Shown here: positions 1 to 9,642 of the stretch, piece by piece
Layout of the letters: the number at the start of each line of letters is the position of its first letter
Numbering within the stretch: the first letter of the stretch is position 1
Source: an uncultured Thermoplasmatales archaeon
GTDB taxonomy: Archaea > Thermoplasmatota > E2 > DHVEG-1
Assembly: GCA_964628575.1 (NCBI GenBank)
Contig: CAZVNH010000001.1
Coordinates: forward strand, 5,791 to 56,687
Reading direction: 5' to 3'
Length of the DNA: 50,897 bases
Made by a program: the position numbers and the translations under genes
Notes under the pieces: generated by a model
The model's input: only the letters and a program-made list of their open reading frames with translations
What the model was told of the DNA's origin: nothing
Databases searched by the model: none

Positions 1-849
1 ATAACTATGCAATATGTCACCCGGTCTTGGATCAGAATAGTTAATTTTGAGATTTTCTTTATTTGTTAGCTTCAACATTAATTTAGCAAGTTCAGTTAGT
101 GTAATTGGAGATCCGCAAGCTATATTCAAAATTTCACCACCAATATTATGTTCTGCCGCCAATAAATTTGCCTGAACAACATCTTTAATATAAGTAAAGT
201 CTCTTATATTTTCTCCATCTCCAAATATGGTTAAATCTTCATTCCTAATAATTTTACCCATCCATATTGCAATTACTCCACTATAAGGGGAATCTCTTTG
301 CCTTGGACCATATATATTAAAATATCTTAAACAGCATGCATTTAATCCATAAACATGATGATATGATTGGATATAAGCTTCACAAGCTAGCTTTGTAACC
401 CCATAAGGTGATAAGGGGATTCTTCGCATATCTTCTCGTTTAGGTAAAGTAGGAGTATCACCATACACAGAAGCACTTGAAGCAAATATTATCTTTTCAA
501 TATCTTTTTTTCTAGCCGCGTTTAATATGTTTAAAATACCGTTCACATTAAAGTCATTACATGAAGATGGCATTTTAACGGATTGTGGGACACTAACAAA
601 GGAAGCTTCATGATATATTGTATCAATATCTTTGAATGTATCTAAAAGAAAGTTTAGATCTCTTACATCTCCTTTTTGAAAATCAAAATTTTTGTTCTTA
701 AAAGCAGCCTCTAAATTATCCAACCTCCCACTAAAAAGATTATCAATCCCTATTACTTCAGCTCCTAATTCAAGAAGTTTATCTGTTAAGTTACTGCCAA
801 TAAAACCAGCAGCACCAGTAACAACAATTCTTTTACCTTTAACGGACAT
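1..849 (-). CDS. NAD-dependent sugar epimerase/dehydratase (extended SDR, GalE/WbpP-like); C-terminus cut by window edge
   Basis: Absent from the ORF track because there is no stop inside the window. Minus-strand ATG at 849-847. I checked all in-frame triplets down to base 1 and found no stop (283 codons). The N-terminus MSVKGKRIVVTGAAGFIGSNL carries the Rossmann GxxGxxG. ASSASVYG and PYGVTKLACE supply the S...YxxxK triad. Confidence 0.8.
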   Translation of the reverse strand, partial: MSVKGKRIVVTGAAGFIGSNLTDKLLELGAEVIGIDNLFSGRLDNLEAAFKNKNFDFQKGDVRDLNFLLDTFKDIDTIYHEASFVSVPQSVKMPSSCNDFNVNGILNILNAARKKDIEKIIFASSASVYGDTPTLPKREDMRRIPLSPYGVTKLACEAYIQSYHHVYGLNACCLRYFNIYGPRQRDSPYSGVIAIWMGKIIRNEDLTIFGDGENIRDFTYIKDVVQANLLAAEHNIGGEILNIACGSPITLTELAKLMLKLTNKENLKINYSDPRPGDILHSY

Positions 850-880
850 ATTTATACTATTATTCTTTTGATTTTAAATT

Positions 881-2089
881 TTACTCCGTTCTTTCTTTAC
901 TTTGGAGTGAGTTCATAAGATCCTTATTAAAATAATCCATTAACATTTCCCATCGAAACTTGTTATAGATTTTTTTATAACCATTTTCTCCTAAACTCCT
1001 TCTTAACTTCTTGTCTTCAATTAATTTTATAATCTTATTGCTTAATTCATTTGTTGTATAGTTATTACTCAATAATAATCCAACATCATTATCCTTGATT
1101 AGATCTGTTGAACAAGCTGTTGTTATATATGTTTTTTTACACGCCATATATTCCAAGCATTTTACTGGAATTACATATCTAAGGTAATTTTTATAGATTA
1201 GTAACCCAATCCCGATATCACAATTATTCATGTAATATGGTATTTCACCGTGAGGTTTAATACCTAAAAGATGGACCTGTTCTTTTAAATTATGATTATT
1301 AACAAAATTCAATATTTTCTTTTTTGATGGGCCGTCTCCGATGATTAAAACTTTAGTATCTTTATGTGATTCTAAAATCTGAGGTAAAGCTTTAATTAAA
1401 TTATGCAATGCATAATTCTCTGATAATAAACCCACATATAAAAGTATATTTTCACACCCATACTTGTCTTTTAAATCTTCTTGATTTTTGAAAGGGAAGA
1501 AATCTTTTGTATCTATACCGTTTGGATGTATCTTAAAATTTACATTTCTTAATTTCTTCAATTTTGAAAGGTATTCTTTCATTTCTGATGTGTTAACATA
1601 AAAAATATTTGAACTCTGAATTGATTTAAAAACACGTGTAAAGCTTAATTTATATATAAGGTTAATAGGAAAAGAATACATTTCTGAATTAAGAAAAATA
1701 TCTTGAGATCTTATGATATGAGGAATCTTTAGAATTTTAGAAAGATATCCCCCAACCACGCTTGCAAAATGATAGGCATGATACTGAGATAGAATTATAT
1801 CTGGTGAAAATGACTTTCTCATCTTTAATAGATATTTAGCTAAGTTTTCAAAATGTGAAATTATTATATTAAAAGGATTTTTAACTGCTGGATTAGAATA
1901 ATGTACTTTGACATTAGGGATAAAATATTTTTGTATGTCCCCCATGTATACATTTTTTCCATGATCTCCTTGGCAAATGACTCTTACTTCATGACCATAT
2001 TTAGAGAGATATTCAACTATTTTATGAGTATTAAATGATCCCGCTCCGACATGTGGTGGATAGTAATGTACAAAATATACTATTTTCAT
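881..2089 (-). CDS. Glycosyltransferase family 4 (GT-B fold)
   Basis: The ORF track gives 881..2128. I prefer the internal ATG at 2089 because MKIVYFVHYYPP then aligns with MKILYIVNYFPP of the paralog at 18904..20094. The two share blocks such as SHFEN, PDII.SQ.H..H.ASV.GGYLS.I.KIPHIIRS and KC.EYMACKK. Confidence 0.8.
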   Translation of the reverse strand: MKIVYFVHYYPPHVGAGSFNTHKIVEYLSKYGHEVRVICQGDHGKNVYMGDIQKYFIPNVKVHYSNPAVKNPFNIIISHFENLAKYLLKMRKSFSPDIILSQYHAYHFASVVGGYLSKILKIPHIIRSQDIFLNSEMYSFPINLIYKLSFTRVFKSIQSSNIFYVNTSEMKEYLSKLKKLRNVNFKIHPNGIDTKDFFPFKNQEDLKDKYGCENILLYVGLLSENYALHNLIKALPQILESHKDTKVLIIGDGPSKKKILNFVNNHNLKEQVHLLGIKPHGEIPYYMNNCDIGIGLLIYKNYLRYVIPVKCLEYMACKKTYITTACSTDLIKDNDVGLLLSNNYTTNELSNKIIKLIEDKKLRRSLGENGYKKIYNKFRWEMLMDYFNKDLMNSLQSKERTE

Positions 2090-2252
2090 AGGCTTATTGA
2101 TTAATTTTTGAGTGATTAATTTAATCACCTTAGATTTAATTCTTAAATTTTTAATACAATTTAGCTTTTACTTCACGAACATATGGATTTTTAATTCATT
2201 TTAAAAATTAAAATAGTTAATGTTATCAGTTTTCAAGTATTTTAGTTAAACT

Positions 2253-3365
2253 GTGATGAAAAGGAGATTAAAATCTGTTTTATACATGGGAGCTTATGAG
2301 GAGTATTATGCTCGAAATAATATCTTTATAAAAGGGTTACAGTCAAATCATATTAAAGTATTTCAATACAATATCAATACTAATAATCTAAAAAAAAATG
2401 TGTTTTCATTTCTAAAAAATTTCAAAACTCTTTATTCAAAAGATGTAGATTTAATTCTACTTCACACACAAGTACCAATCCAGTTTTTATTAGCAAAGAT
2501 TTTGGCATATCTAAAAAGAGTACCATTAATACATGATAAATTTATTTCTAAACTTCAAACTGTTTATTATGATCGCAATTTGCATGGACGTACTAAGTTA
2601 CTACCAAAAATTTTATGGTATTTCATTCTTTATTCTATAGATTTAATAGAATGTAAGTTATCAGACTATATTTTATTGGATACTAATACTCACATTAAAT
2701 ATTTTTATGAAAAATTTAAATCACCATTAAAAAAGTATAGACGATTTCTAATTGGAGCACAAGATGATATTTTTTATCCATTAAACAATGAAATTAAGAA
2801 GAACAAACAATTTATAATAGGATTTTGGGGAACTTTTATTCCATTACAAGGAATTCAATATATTTTGGAAGCAGCAAAGATTCTTGAAAAAGAAACAGAC
2901 ATAAAATTTGTTTTTATAGGAGATGGACAAGAATTTCCCGAGAGTTTAGCCTTAGCAAAAAGACTAAATCTCAAAAATATAGAATTTAAAGGAAAAATAC
3001 CCTTGAATCAGCTCCCAGAATATATCTGCCAATTCGATATTGGTCTAGGGATTTTTGGGGATACAGATAAAACAATCCAAGTTATTCCAAATAAAGTATT
3101 TGAAGGACTCGCTATGGATTTACCTATGATTTCATGTGATAGTCCCGCTGTTCGAGAATTATTTACTCCTGATGAAAATATTATCTTGTGTGAAAGAGCC
3201 AATTCAAATTCCTTAGCTGATAGTATTTTAAAGTTGAAAAAAGATAAAGAATTGAGAATAAAGGTGAAAAATAATGCAAATAGACTTTTTCATGAGTATT
3301 GTTCGACTGAAGCAATAAGTAGGACTTTAGTGAATTATTTGAATAATATTATAAAAAGGAAGTAA
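2253..3365 (+). CDS. Glycosyltransferase, GT-B fold (GT4/GT1-like)
   Basis: 370 aa. GTG at 2253 is followed directly by ATG at 2256. The C-terminal half looks like a GT-B donor-binding domain (FIGDGQE, VIPNKVFEGLAMDLPMIS). The N-terminal half is divergent. Confidence 0.7.
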   Translation: MMKRRLKSVLYMGAYEEYYARNNIFIKGLQSNHIKVFQYNINTNNLKKNVFSFLKNFKTLYSKDVDLILLHTQVPIQFLLAKILAYLKRVPLIHDKFISKLQTVYYDRNLHGRTKLLPKILWYFILYSIDLIECKLSDYILLDTNTHIKYFYEKFKSPLKKYRRFLIGAQDDIFYPLNNEIKKNKQFIIGFWGTFIPLQGIQYILEAAKILEKETDIKFVFIGDGQEFPESLALAKRLNLKNIEFKGKIPLNQLPEYICQFDIGLGIFGDTDKTIQVIPNKVFEGLAMDLPMISCDSPAVRELFTPDENIILCERANSNSLADSILKLKKDKELRIKVKNNANRLFHEYCSTEAISRTLVNYLNNIIKRK

Positions 3366-3368
3366 AAT

Positions 3369-4499
3369 CTATTTTAATAATCCTTTTTCTTTTAATTGCT
3401 TTATAGCAGTAGCTGACTTATCCAAAGCTATATCTTTTTGTGTTTTTACCCACTCAACCAACTCTTTCATACCAACTTCGAATGTATACTGAGGTTTGAA
3501 TCCAAGATTTGAGGAAATTTTGGAAATATCAGAAAAACAATGTCGTATATCACCAGGTCGAAATTGATTAGTAAATATTGGTGTAATATTAGGATTTATA
3601 AGTTTAGCAAGAATCTCAGCTATCTCCTTTATGGATATTGGATTAGCTGTCCCCACATTAAAGACTTCATTTCTTGCTTGTTCTTTTTCCATCGATAATA
3701 GAAACGCCTGACATATATCTTTAACATGAATAAAATCTCTTGATTGGTTACCATCTTCATAAATGGTTGGAGCATTATTAGATAATAGACTACTAGAAAA
3801 AATAGCACAAACACCAGTATAAGGATTTGATAATGCTTGACGACTCCCATAAACATTAAATAGTCTTAGGGCTGTAGTGTCAATCCCATAAGTTTCACCA
3901 ATTAATAAAGACATCTTTTCTTGTTCTTTTTTAGTTAATGCATAAATTGAAGTACAATCTTGGGGTTTTTCTTCGTTCGTTGGTATTGGTACAGCTTTTT
4001 TGCCGCAAATAGGACAATTTAATTCCCAAACTCCTTTTTCTAATTGTGCAGTATTTCTTAATTTTGGAGAAATTTCACCACAACTCGAACATTTATAAGC
4101 TCCCTCTCCGTACGTTGACATCGAAGAAGCGACTATTAATTTTTTTATATCGTGGGCGTTATTAACCAAAATATCCAAAAATCGAGCAGTTCCTAATACA
4201 TTAACATCAACATACTTATCAATTTGGTACATTGATTGGGCAACACCTACCATGGCAGCTAAATGAAAAACAACCTCAACATCATTTAAAATCTCTACAA
4301 GAGCTTCTTTATTTCTAATATCATTTTTAATGAATTTAATATCCTCTGATAAATAATTTGGTTGTTTTGTAATATTGCCATGGACTTGAGGTTCTAATGA
4401 GTCATATACAATAACTTCATGTCCTAAAGCAACAAGATCATCAACTAAATGGCTTCCAATGAATCCTGCTCCTCCAATTACTAAAATCTTTCTTGTCAT
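3369..4499 (-). CDS. NAD-dependent sugar epimerase/dehydratase (extended SDR) with an inserted 4-Cys zinc-ribbon-like segment
   Basis: 376 aa. Motifs are ILVIGGAGFIGSHL (GxxGxxG), ASSMSTYG and YALTK (YxxxK). Between the Ser and Tyr motifs lies CSSC...(21 aa)...CPIC. Confidence 0.8.
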   Translation of the reverse strand: MTRKILVIGGAGFIGSHLVDDLVALGHEVIVYDSLEPQVHGNITKQPNYLSEDIKFIKNDIRNKEALVEILNDVEVVFHLAAMVGVAQSMYQIDKYVDVNVLGTARFLDILVNNAHDIKKLIVASSMSTYGEGAYKCSSCGEISPKLRNTAQLEKGVWELNCPICGKKAVPIPTNEEKPQDCTSIYALTKKEQEKMSLLIGETYGIDTTALRLFNVYGSRQALSNPYTGVCAIFSSSLLSNNAPTIYEDGNQSRDFIHVKDICQAFLLSMEKEQARNEVFNVGTANPISIKEIAEILAKLINPNITPIFTNQFRPGDIRHCFSDISKISSNLGFKPQYTFEVGMKELVEWVKTQKDIALDKSATAIKQLKEKGLLK

Positions 4500-4696
4500 T
4501 ATACTTCGGGCAAATTTTTAATTTAATCTATACCGCTTTTAGATAAATTATATTTATTTATTAATTATACTTCTTATATCTCTTTTAATGAATTTAATTA
4601 GCAATCAATTAAAAATTATTTGAAACAATCCAGATTACTATTTTATTTAATTCATAAGATGTAATATTCGACTTGTAGTTGAAGAGCTATTGATTA

Positions 4697-6250
4697 TTAA
4701 GCATTAATTGAAGTTGAAGGCTTTTTTTTGGCAAAAAAACCTTTAAACATATCAAAAAGAATTTTTAATATTGATTTTACTGTTTTTATTGAAGTAACGT
4801 TTAGACTAATTAGAAATATAAAATATAATAATATAGAAATTATCGCACCAATCCAGTCGATATTAATAAAGAAATAGACTATTTCATAACATAAAATGGA
4901 TGTAATTGAGGCAAATATTATTTTAAAAAGAACTTTTTCTTTTTTGGAAAGAATTTTCTTTCTATTACAAAAAGTGAAATATATTATGAAAATAATTAAG
5001 GTTGATATCAAAAATCCATATCCCGCAAATAGTAAATTTGAAGTTTGAATGGATAAAATTAAAAAGACTGTATTGGACACTCCAGCAATAATTTCTGCGA
5101 GTAAATTTATCTTTGTTTTATTATTAGCCATTGGGAATTTAGATAAAAATTGATTTAGGCAATAAAAGATTCCCGCAATTATGACTATTTTAAATAAGAC
5201 AATAAAAATTAAGTTAGAGTAATTACGATAAAGTAAATTAATCAAAAAGGGGGAAAATATATAAATTAAAATTAAAGATGTAATTTCTAAAATGGAAATT
5301 AATTGTAGAATAAAATTAGAGATTTTTTTGATTTGATCCATATTATTATCTACAAAAAGCTCTGAAATATATGAATAGGCCATATTGCTTATGGGAATTC
5401 CAATTAAACCTACAAAAATAATAATCAAATTTGTTGACAAATGATAATAAACAGCGTAAATTTGATTAACAGAACTTAAAAGCACTGTTCCTGCCCTAAA
5501 ATTCAAGAAATAAAACACATTCATCAATAAAAGAGGATAACTAAAAATCATGATTTTTTTTCCTATTCCTTTATCCGAATGCTCTATATTCTGTGGAAAT
5601 TGAATTTGAGACTTAAATTTAAAATAAAAGTAGAATCCAAAACTCAAACCACCTAAATACATAAAGATATATAAGATAATTGCCGTAAATGAATTTAGAA
5701 TATTAAGGAATCTCAAAATTAGTAAAATTATTATGAATATGAGACTAATCGATAAGTTCATCATACCTATAACTTTTGATTTCTTCAATCCATAAAAAGC
5801 ACTCTCAAGGATTTTAAAGGAAACGACAGCAATTACACCAATGATTATCATTAAATAAAATGAAATATTGGAGAATTGTGAAACTGTAAAATTGAATCCC
5901 AATAGTACTACTATTGAAAATATAAAGAAGATTACAAAAAAATTACTTAACAAAATTATGAGTATTTTCTTATTAAATGAATGAATTTTATCATGACCAA
6001 TTTCTTGATAAAATTTTGGTAAAACTGCTGGAGTTATAAGCATAAATGCTAGAAATGCACTTATATAACCTATGTAAATAGTATAATTTGATGCACTTAT
6101 TACATCTAACCAATTATAAAGCAATATATCTTTAGCTAAGAACAGAATAAAAAATGAAAAATAATTAAATCCACTAGTTATTGAAATATTTATTACCATA
6201 TTGGTCGATAATTCATCAAAAGAGAGGTCTTCTTTCTCTAGTTCTTTCAA
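4697..6250 (-). CDS. Polytopic membrane protein, possible Wzx/MOP-type oligosaccharide flippase
   Basis: 517 aa with a TTG start in the track. Hydrophobic helices run along the whole length and there is no soluble domain. Size, topology and genomic context fit a flippase. I saw no diagnostic motif. Confidence 0.45.
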   Translation of the reverse strand: MKELEKEDLSFDELSTNMVINISITSGFNYFSFFILFLAKDILLYNWLDVISASNYTIYIGYISAFLAFMLITPAVLPKFYQEIGHDKIHSFNKKILIILLSNFFVIFFIFSIVVLLGFNFTVSQFSNISFYLMIIIGVIAVVSFKILESAFYGLKKSKVIGMMNLSISLIFIIILLILRFLNILNSFTAIILYIFMYLGGLSFGFYFYFKFKSQIQFPQNIEHSDKGIGKKIMIFSYPLLLMNVFYFLNFRAGTVLLSSVNQIYAVYYHLSTNLIIIFVGLIGIPISNMAYSYISELFVDNNMDQIKKISNFILQLISILEITSLILIYIFSPFLINLLYRNYSNLIFIVLFKIVIIAGIFYCLNQFLSKFPMANNKTKINLLAEIIAGVSNTVFLILSIQTSNLLFAGYGFLISTLIIFIIYFTFCNRKKILSKKEKVLFKIIFASITSILCYEIVYFFINIDWIGAIISILLYFIFLISLNVTSIKTVKSILKILFDMFKGFFAKKKPSTSINA

Positions 6251-6361
6251 TAATACTACCTTTGTGTAAAAATTAAGAAGAATTTAATAAGTATAACAAT
6301 AAGAAACTTAAAAGCTATTAATAGTTTTTACCTTTTTAATCTTGAATAAATCCTAACAACT

Positions 6362-7162
6362 TTATTGCTTGTCAGATCGCGATAAATAAAAGGCACTTTG
6401 ACCATTAGTTTCATTTCCATATTCAAAGTTATCAATTTTAAAATTGAAATTCTTTAATATTGATTCAAAGTATTTTTTATTATATCGAACACAATGAAGT
6501 GGTCCACTCCACGTCATCTTATAATTTTTTGGATTAATTGTTATATTGGGTACATTTTCTTCAACGAAAGCAGTAAGAAATATTTTTCCTGACGGTTCTA
6601 ATAATCGTCTAAATTCTTTTAAATAGAGTTTAATATCCTCTATTGTCATATGTGAAAACACAGAATAAAGATATATTATATCAAATTCTCTCTCATTGAA
6701 GGGTAGGGAAAATTTATTATCTATTGACACTCCTTTAGGATTATATCTCTGATTTTCTATGTCAATATGTTCAAATTGAAAAGTTGGATGCCAACGATTT
6801 ATGAAGTGTTGACACCATTCAATTGCTCTTACACTAACATCAATTCCATAATACTTATTTATATCCCCAATTTGATTTAATATTCCAATCGGTAAACGAC
6901 CCACACCACAACCAACATCTAAAATACGACTACTTTTATCTAAATCGAAATGATTTATTAAGCGTTTAGCTTCTAAACATGCGGATGAAAAGAAATAATC
7001 ATTATCATTAAAATTAGTTCCACAAAAACGTAGATGTTTTGCTGGAAGGATTGTATTATTATGTTTTACATAATTTATGGGAGATTGGGCTGTAATCTTA
7101 TGTATAATATTTCTAATGTATTTGGGAATGAATTTATAAACTTTAAAATTAAATTTGTTCAT
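6362..7162 (-). CDS. Class I SAM-dependent methyltransferase
   Basis: 266 aa. SAM motif I is ILDVGCGVGRL. The downstream block FDIIYLYSVFSHM is typical of Methyltransf_11/25-like enzymes. Confidence 0.75.
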   Translation of the reverse strand: MNKFNFKVYKFIPKYIRNIIHKITAQSPINYVKHNNTILPAKHLRFCGTNFNDNDYFFSSACLEAKRLINHFDLDKSSRILDVGCGVGRLPIGILNQIGDINKYYGIDVSVRAIEWCQHFINRWHPTFQFEHIDIENQRYNPKGVSIDNKFSLPFNEREFDIIYLYSVFSHMTIEDIKLYLKEFRRLLEPSGKIFLTAFVEENVPNITINPKNYKMTWSGPLHCVRYNKKYFESILKNFNFKIDNFEYGNETNGQSAFYLSRSDKQ

Positions 7163-7384
7163 AATACTATTCGCTATATACCTCTTTTTTTCTTAAAAAT
7201 TTACTTTACAATCCAACGCATGTTTTTTTTATTATATTTAATTAGGTATCCATTTTATAATATAATTTTCTAAATACTGCTGATAATCCAAAAAGAATGA
7301 TTTCAAAAATTAATTTTAGAAAGTGTTAATGTAAAAAATTAGATTAGCATAATTGTGGAAGAAATGCCAATAATTTAATTGCTT

Positions 7385-8224
7385 TTACTTTTTAAACAGA
7401 ATCCTTTTGATCTTCTTAAAAAAATATAAAATAATACATAAAAAAAGCATTAATATTAATTTTCTTAAGATAATATATGAAGATCCAAATTCCCGTGATG
7501 CTAAATTGATCGGAACCTCTTCAATTTTATAACGGCGTAAAACGGCTTGTAAAATTAATTCCGTTGTAAACGCATACCCTTTAAATCTAATATTCTCAAA
7601 GATATTTCTAGTTCTTTTATGAAGTGCCCTAAAACCACTTTGATTATTTTTAATTTTTTGACCAAAAAGAAGTATTATTATTACTTCCATTAATGCTTCT
7701 CCAAGTCGAGTTGCTACAGGCAATTTATAGTTGAAAGTACCTTTATATCTAGATCCTATTGCAATATCCGCATCTCCTTGAATTATAGGTTTAACCAAAT
7801 TGAATATATCTTCTGCTCTATGTTGTCCATCTGAGTCCATTGTGATGATAATTTCCCCTTGACTATGTCGAATTCCTGTAAGAAGAGCTTTTCCGTATCC
7901 CTGATTAATTTTATGTTCAATAATGTGAATATCTCCATCTCGTCTAACTTTTTTTATTTCATTAAGACTCATGTCTGTTGAATGGTCATCAACTACAATA
8001 ACTTCAATCGATTCATTTTTAGGGAGATTTTCCAATACAGTTTTAATTGTGTTTTCTTCATTATAAACAGGGAGTATAATAGAAATAAGCTTGTCGCTAT
8101 TGGTGCGCTTATTTTTGTTAAGATACTCATAAAGTAATTTAAAATTATTTAATTTTCTCGAATTCTTCTTACTTCGGCCTTCCAATAAAGTACTTGATTT
8201 AACGTTTAAGGATGGAGTTGTCAA
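7385..8224 (-). CDS. GT2 glycosyltransferase, polyprenyl/dolichyl-phosphate hexose synthase-like (DPM1/AglJ/ArnC type)
   Basis: 279 aa. Motifs are ISIILPVYNEENTI, VVDDHSTD and TMDSDGQH, with NQSGFRA further on. A C-terminal hydrophobic helix (LILMLFLCIILYFF) is present. Confidence 0.8.
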   Translation of the reverse strand: MTTPSLNVKSSTLLEGRSKKNSRKLNNFKLLYEYLNKNKRTNSDKLISIILPVYNEENTIKTVLENLPKNESIEVIVVDDHSTDMSLNEIKKVRRDGDIHIIEHKINQGYGKALLTGIRHSQGEIIITMDSDGQHRAEDIFNLVKPIIQGDADIAIGSRYKGTFNYKLPVATRLGEALMEVIIILLFGQKIKNNQSGFRALHKRTRNIFENIRFKGYAFTTELILQAVLRRYKIEEVPINLASREFGSSYIILRKLILMLFLCIILYFFKKIKRILFKK

Positions 8225-8478
8225 AATATTTGCTGTGTTTTAGAAGTTATTATTTTCAATATTTTGATATTAATATTAAATTGGTTGTATTTAATTTTAA
8301 TTTTTCTGAGAAATAGATACCTAATAAATGAAAAAAAATTAAGCTTTTCCTTTCAAAATCTCATATTTGATTAAACTACCACAGAAATAAATTCAAAAAC
8401 CCAAAGTATTAATTTTATTATTCTAAATCTGAAATTAGGTGTAGAAAATTTGGTGATATAATTATTAACATCGTATTT

Positions 8479-9606
8479 GTGGCTCCATTTTTTAATGAAA
8501 AACCAAATAGAAAATCAAGTTTAATTTTATTAGTTAATGAGTTATCAAAATATGCAAATATAATTATTATATCATCAAAAGTAGAAGGTACAAAGAGTAA
8601 AGAAACAATAAACCCTAATTTGCGAATTTATAGGTTTAAACCTACAATATATTTACCAAAATTACCATATACTCTGGATTTTATATTAATTAAAAGAATC
8701 CTTAAAATTTGTAAAAAAGAAAAATGTGATATAATAATCGGATATAGCCTTCAATTTTTATCATGTTTTTCAGCAGTTATTGCAGCTAAATTGAGCAGAA
8801 TCCCTTTTATTTGCCGAATAGTTGGAGCAAGTAATACTACCAATAAGAATGGAATTGAAATCCTCTCAAAAATATACGATAAATCATTTGCTAGAATTAC
8901 TCTAAAACTATCTGATAAAATTTTTGTACAGACAAAAAGCTTAATATCGAGACCTATAGAATTAGGAGCACCAATATCAAAGATATCTATTGTAGAGGAT
9001 GGAATAGACTTCTCCAGATTTTCTGGAATTGAAGATGAAGATTCACTTAGGAAAAAATTAAAGATAGACAAATCGAATATTATTATTACATTTATTAGCA
9101 GAATTTTTGAACTAAAAGGAATTGAGGATTTGATTGTTGTTGCAAAGCAGATACTAAAAGAACATCAAAATGTGAATTTTTTAATTGCTGGAAGAGGATC
9201 CCTAGAAAAAAAACTTGAACATGAAGCTAGGATAACAAAAAACCTTTTATACCTAGGATATCGAAAGGATGTTCCAAATCTGCTTGCTATTAGTGACATA
9301 TATGTATTACCTTCCTATAGTGAAGGTTTGTCTCCAGCAATACTTGAAGCCATGGCAAGTGGGTTACCAGTAGTTACTACGAATGTAGGGTCCAATCCGG
9401 ATATCAATATAAACGGAAACCATGGAAATTTAATTAATCCAGGAGATCAAATTAATCTTAAAAAAAACATTATTAATTTTATTCAAGATGAGACTTTAAG
9501 AAAGAAAATAGGTACCATTAATAAAAAAAACATCCAAATGAACTTTGATTTGAAGAAAACTGCTTTGAAATTTTTAGGAGAAATTAAAAAACTTTCTTTC
9601 GCTTAG
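8479..9606 (+). CDS. Glycosyltransferase family 4 (GT-B fold)
   Basis: 375 aa counted from GTG at 8479. The EX7E-type block is YVLPSYSEGLSPAILEAMASGLPVVTT. The reading frame is open back to 8413 and encodes a beta1-like IIINIVFV upstream of the GTG (see findings). Confidence 0.75.
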   Translation: MAPFFNEKPNRKSSLILLVNELSKYANIIIISSKVEGTKSKETINPNLRIYRFKPTIYLPKLPYTLDFILIKRILKICKKEKCDIIIGYSLQFLSCFSAVIAAKLSRIPFICRIVGASNTTNKNGIEILSKIYDKSFARITLKLSDKIFVQTKSLISRPIELGAPISKISIVEDGIDFSRFSGIEDEDSLRKKLKIDKSNIIITFISRIFELKGIEDLIVVAKQILKEHQNVNFLIAGRGSLEKKLEHEARITKNLLYLGYRKDVPNLLAISDIYVLPSYSEGLSPAILEAMASGLPVVTTNVGSNPDININGNHGNLINPGDQINLKKNIINFIQDETLRKKIGTINKKNIQMNFDLKKTALKFLGEIKKLSFA

Positions 9607-9642
9607 GAGAACTTATTATATAATTGCTTTAAATTATGAATT

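Noticed and set aside
2090-2128. 13-codon N-terminal extension of the GT4 ORF (MIKLITQKLINKP)
   Set aside because: The paralog at 18904..20094 starts at the position equivalent to the ATG at 2089. The extension is probably just open frame upstream of the real start.
3008-3202. 64-aa minus-strand ORF
   Set aside because: It lies entirely antisense inside the well-supported GT gene 2253..3365. It has no motifs and its composition is typical of an antisense shadow ORF.
3629-3856. 75-aa minus-strand ORF
   Set aside because: It is an alternative frame nested inside the SDR gene 3369..4499, and the SDR frame carries all the conserved motifs.
7034-7273. 79-aa plus-strand ORF
   Set aside because: It overlaps the 5' end of the methyltransferase 6362..7162 in antisense and then extends into AT-rich intergenic DNA. 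The product is low-complexity, rich in F, I and Y.
8751-9071. 106-aa minus-strand ORF
   Set aside because: It is antisense within the GT4 gene 8479..9606.
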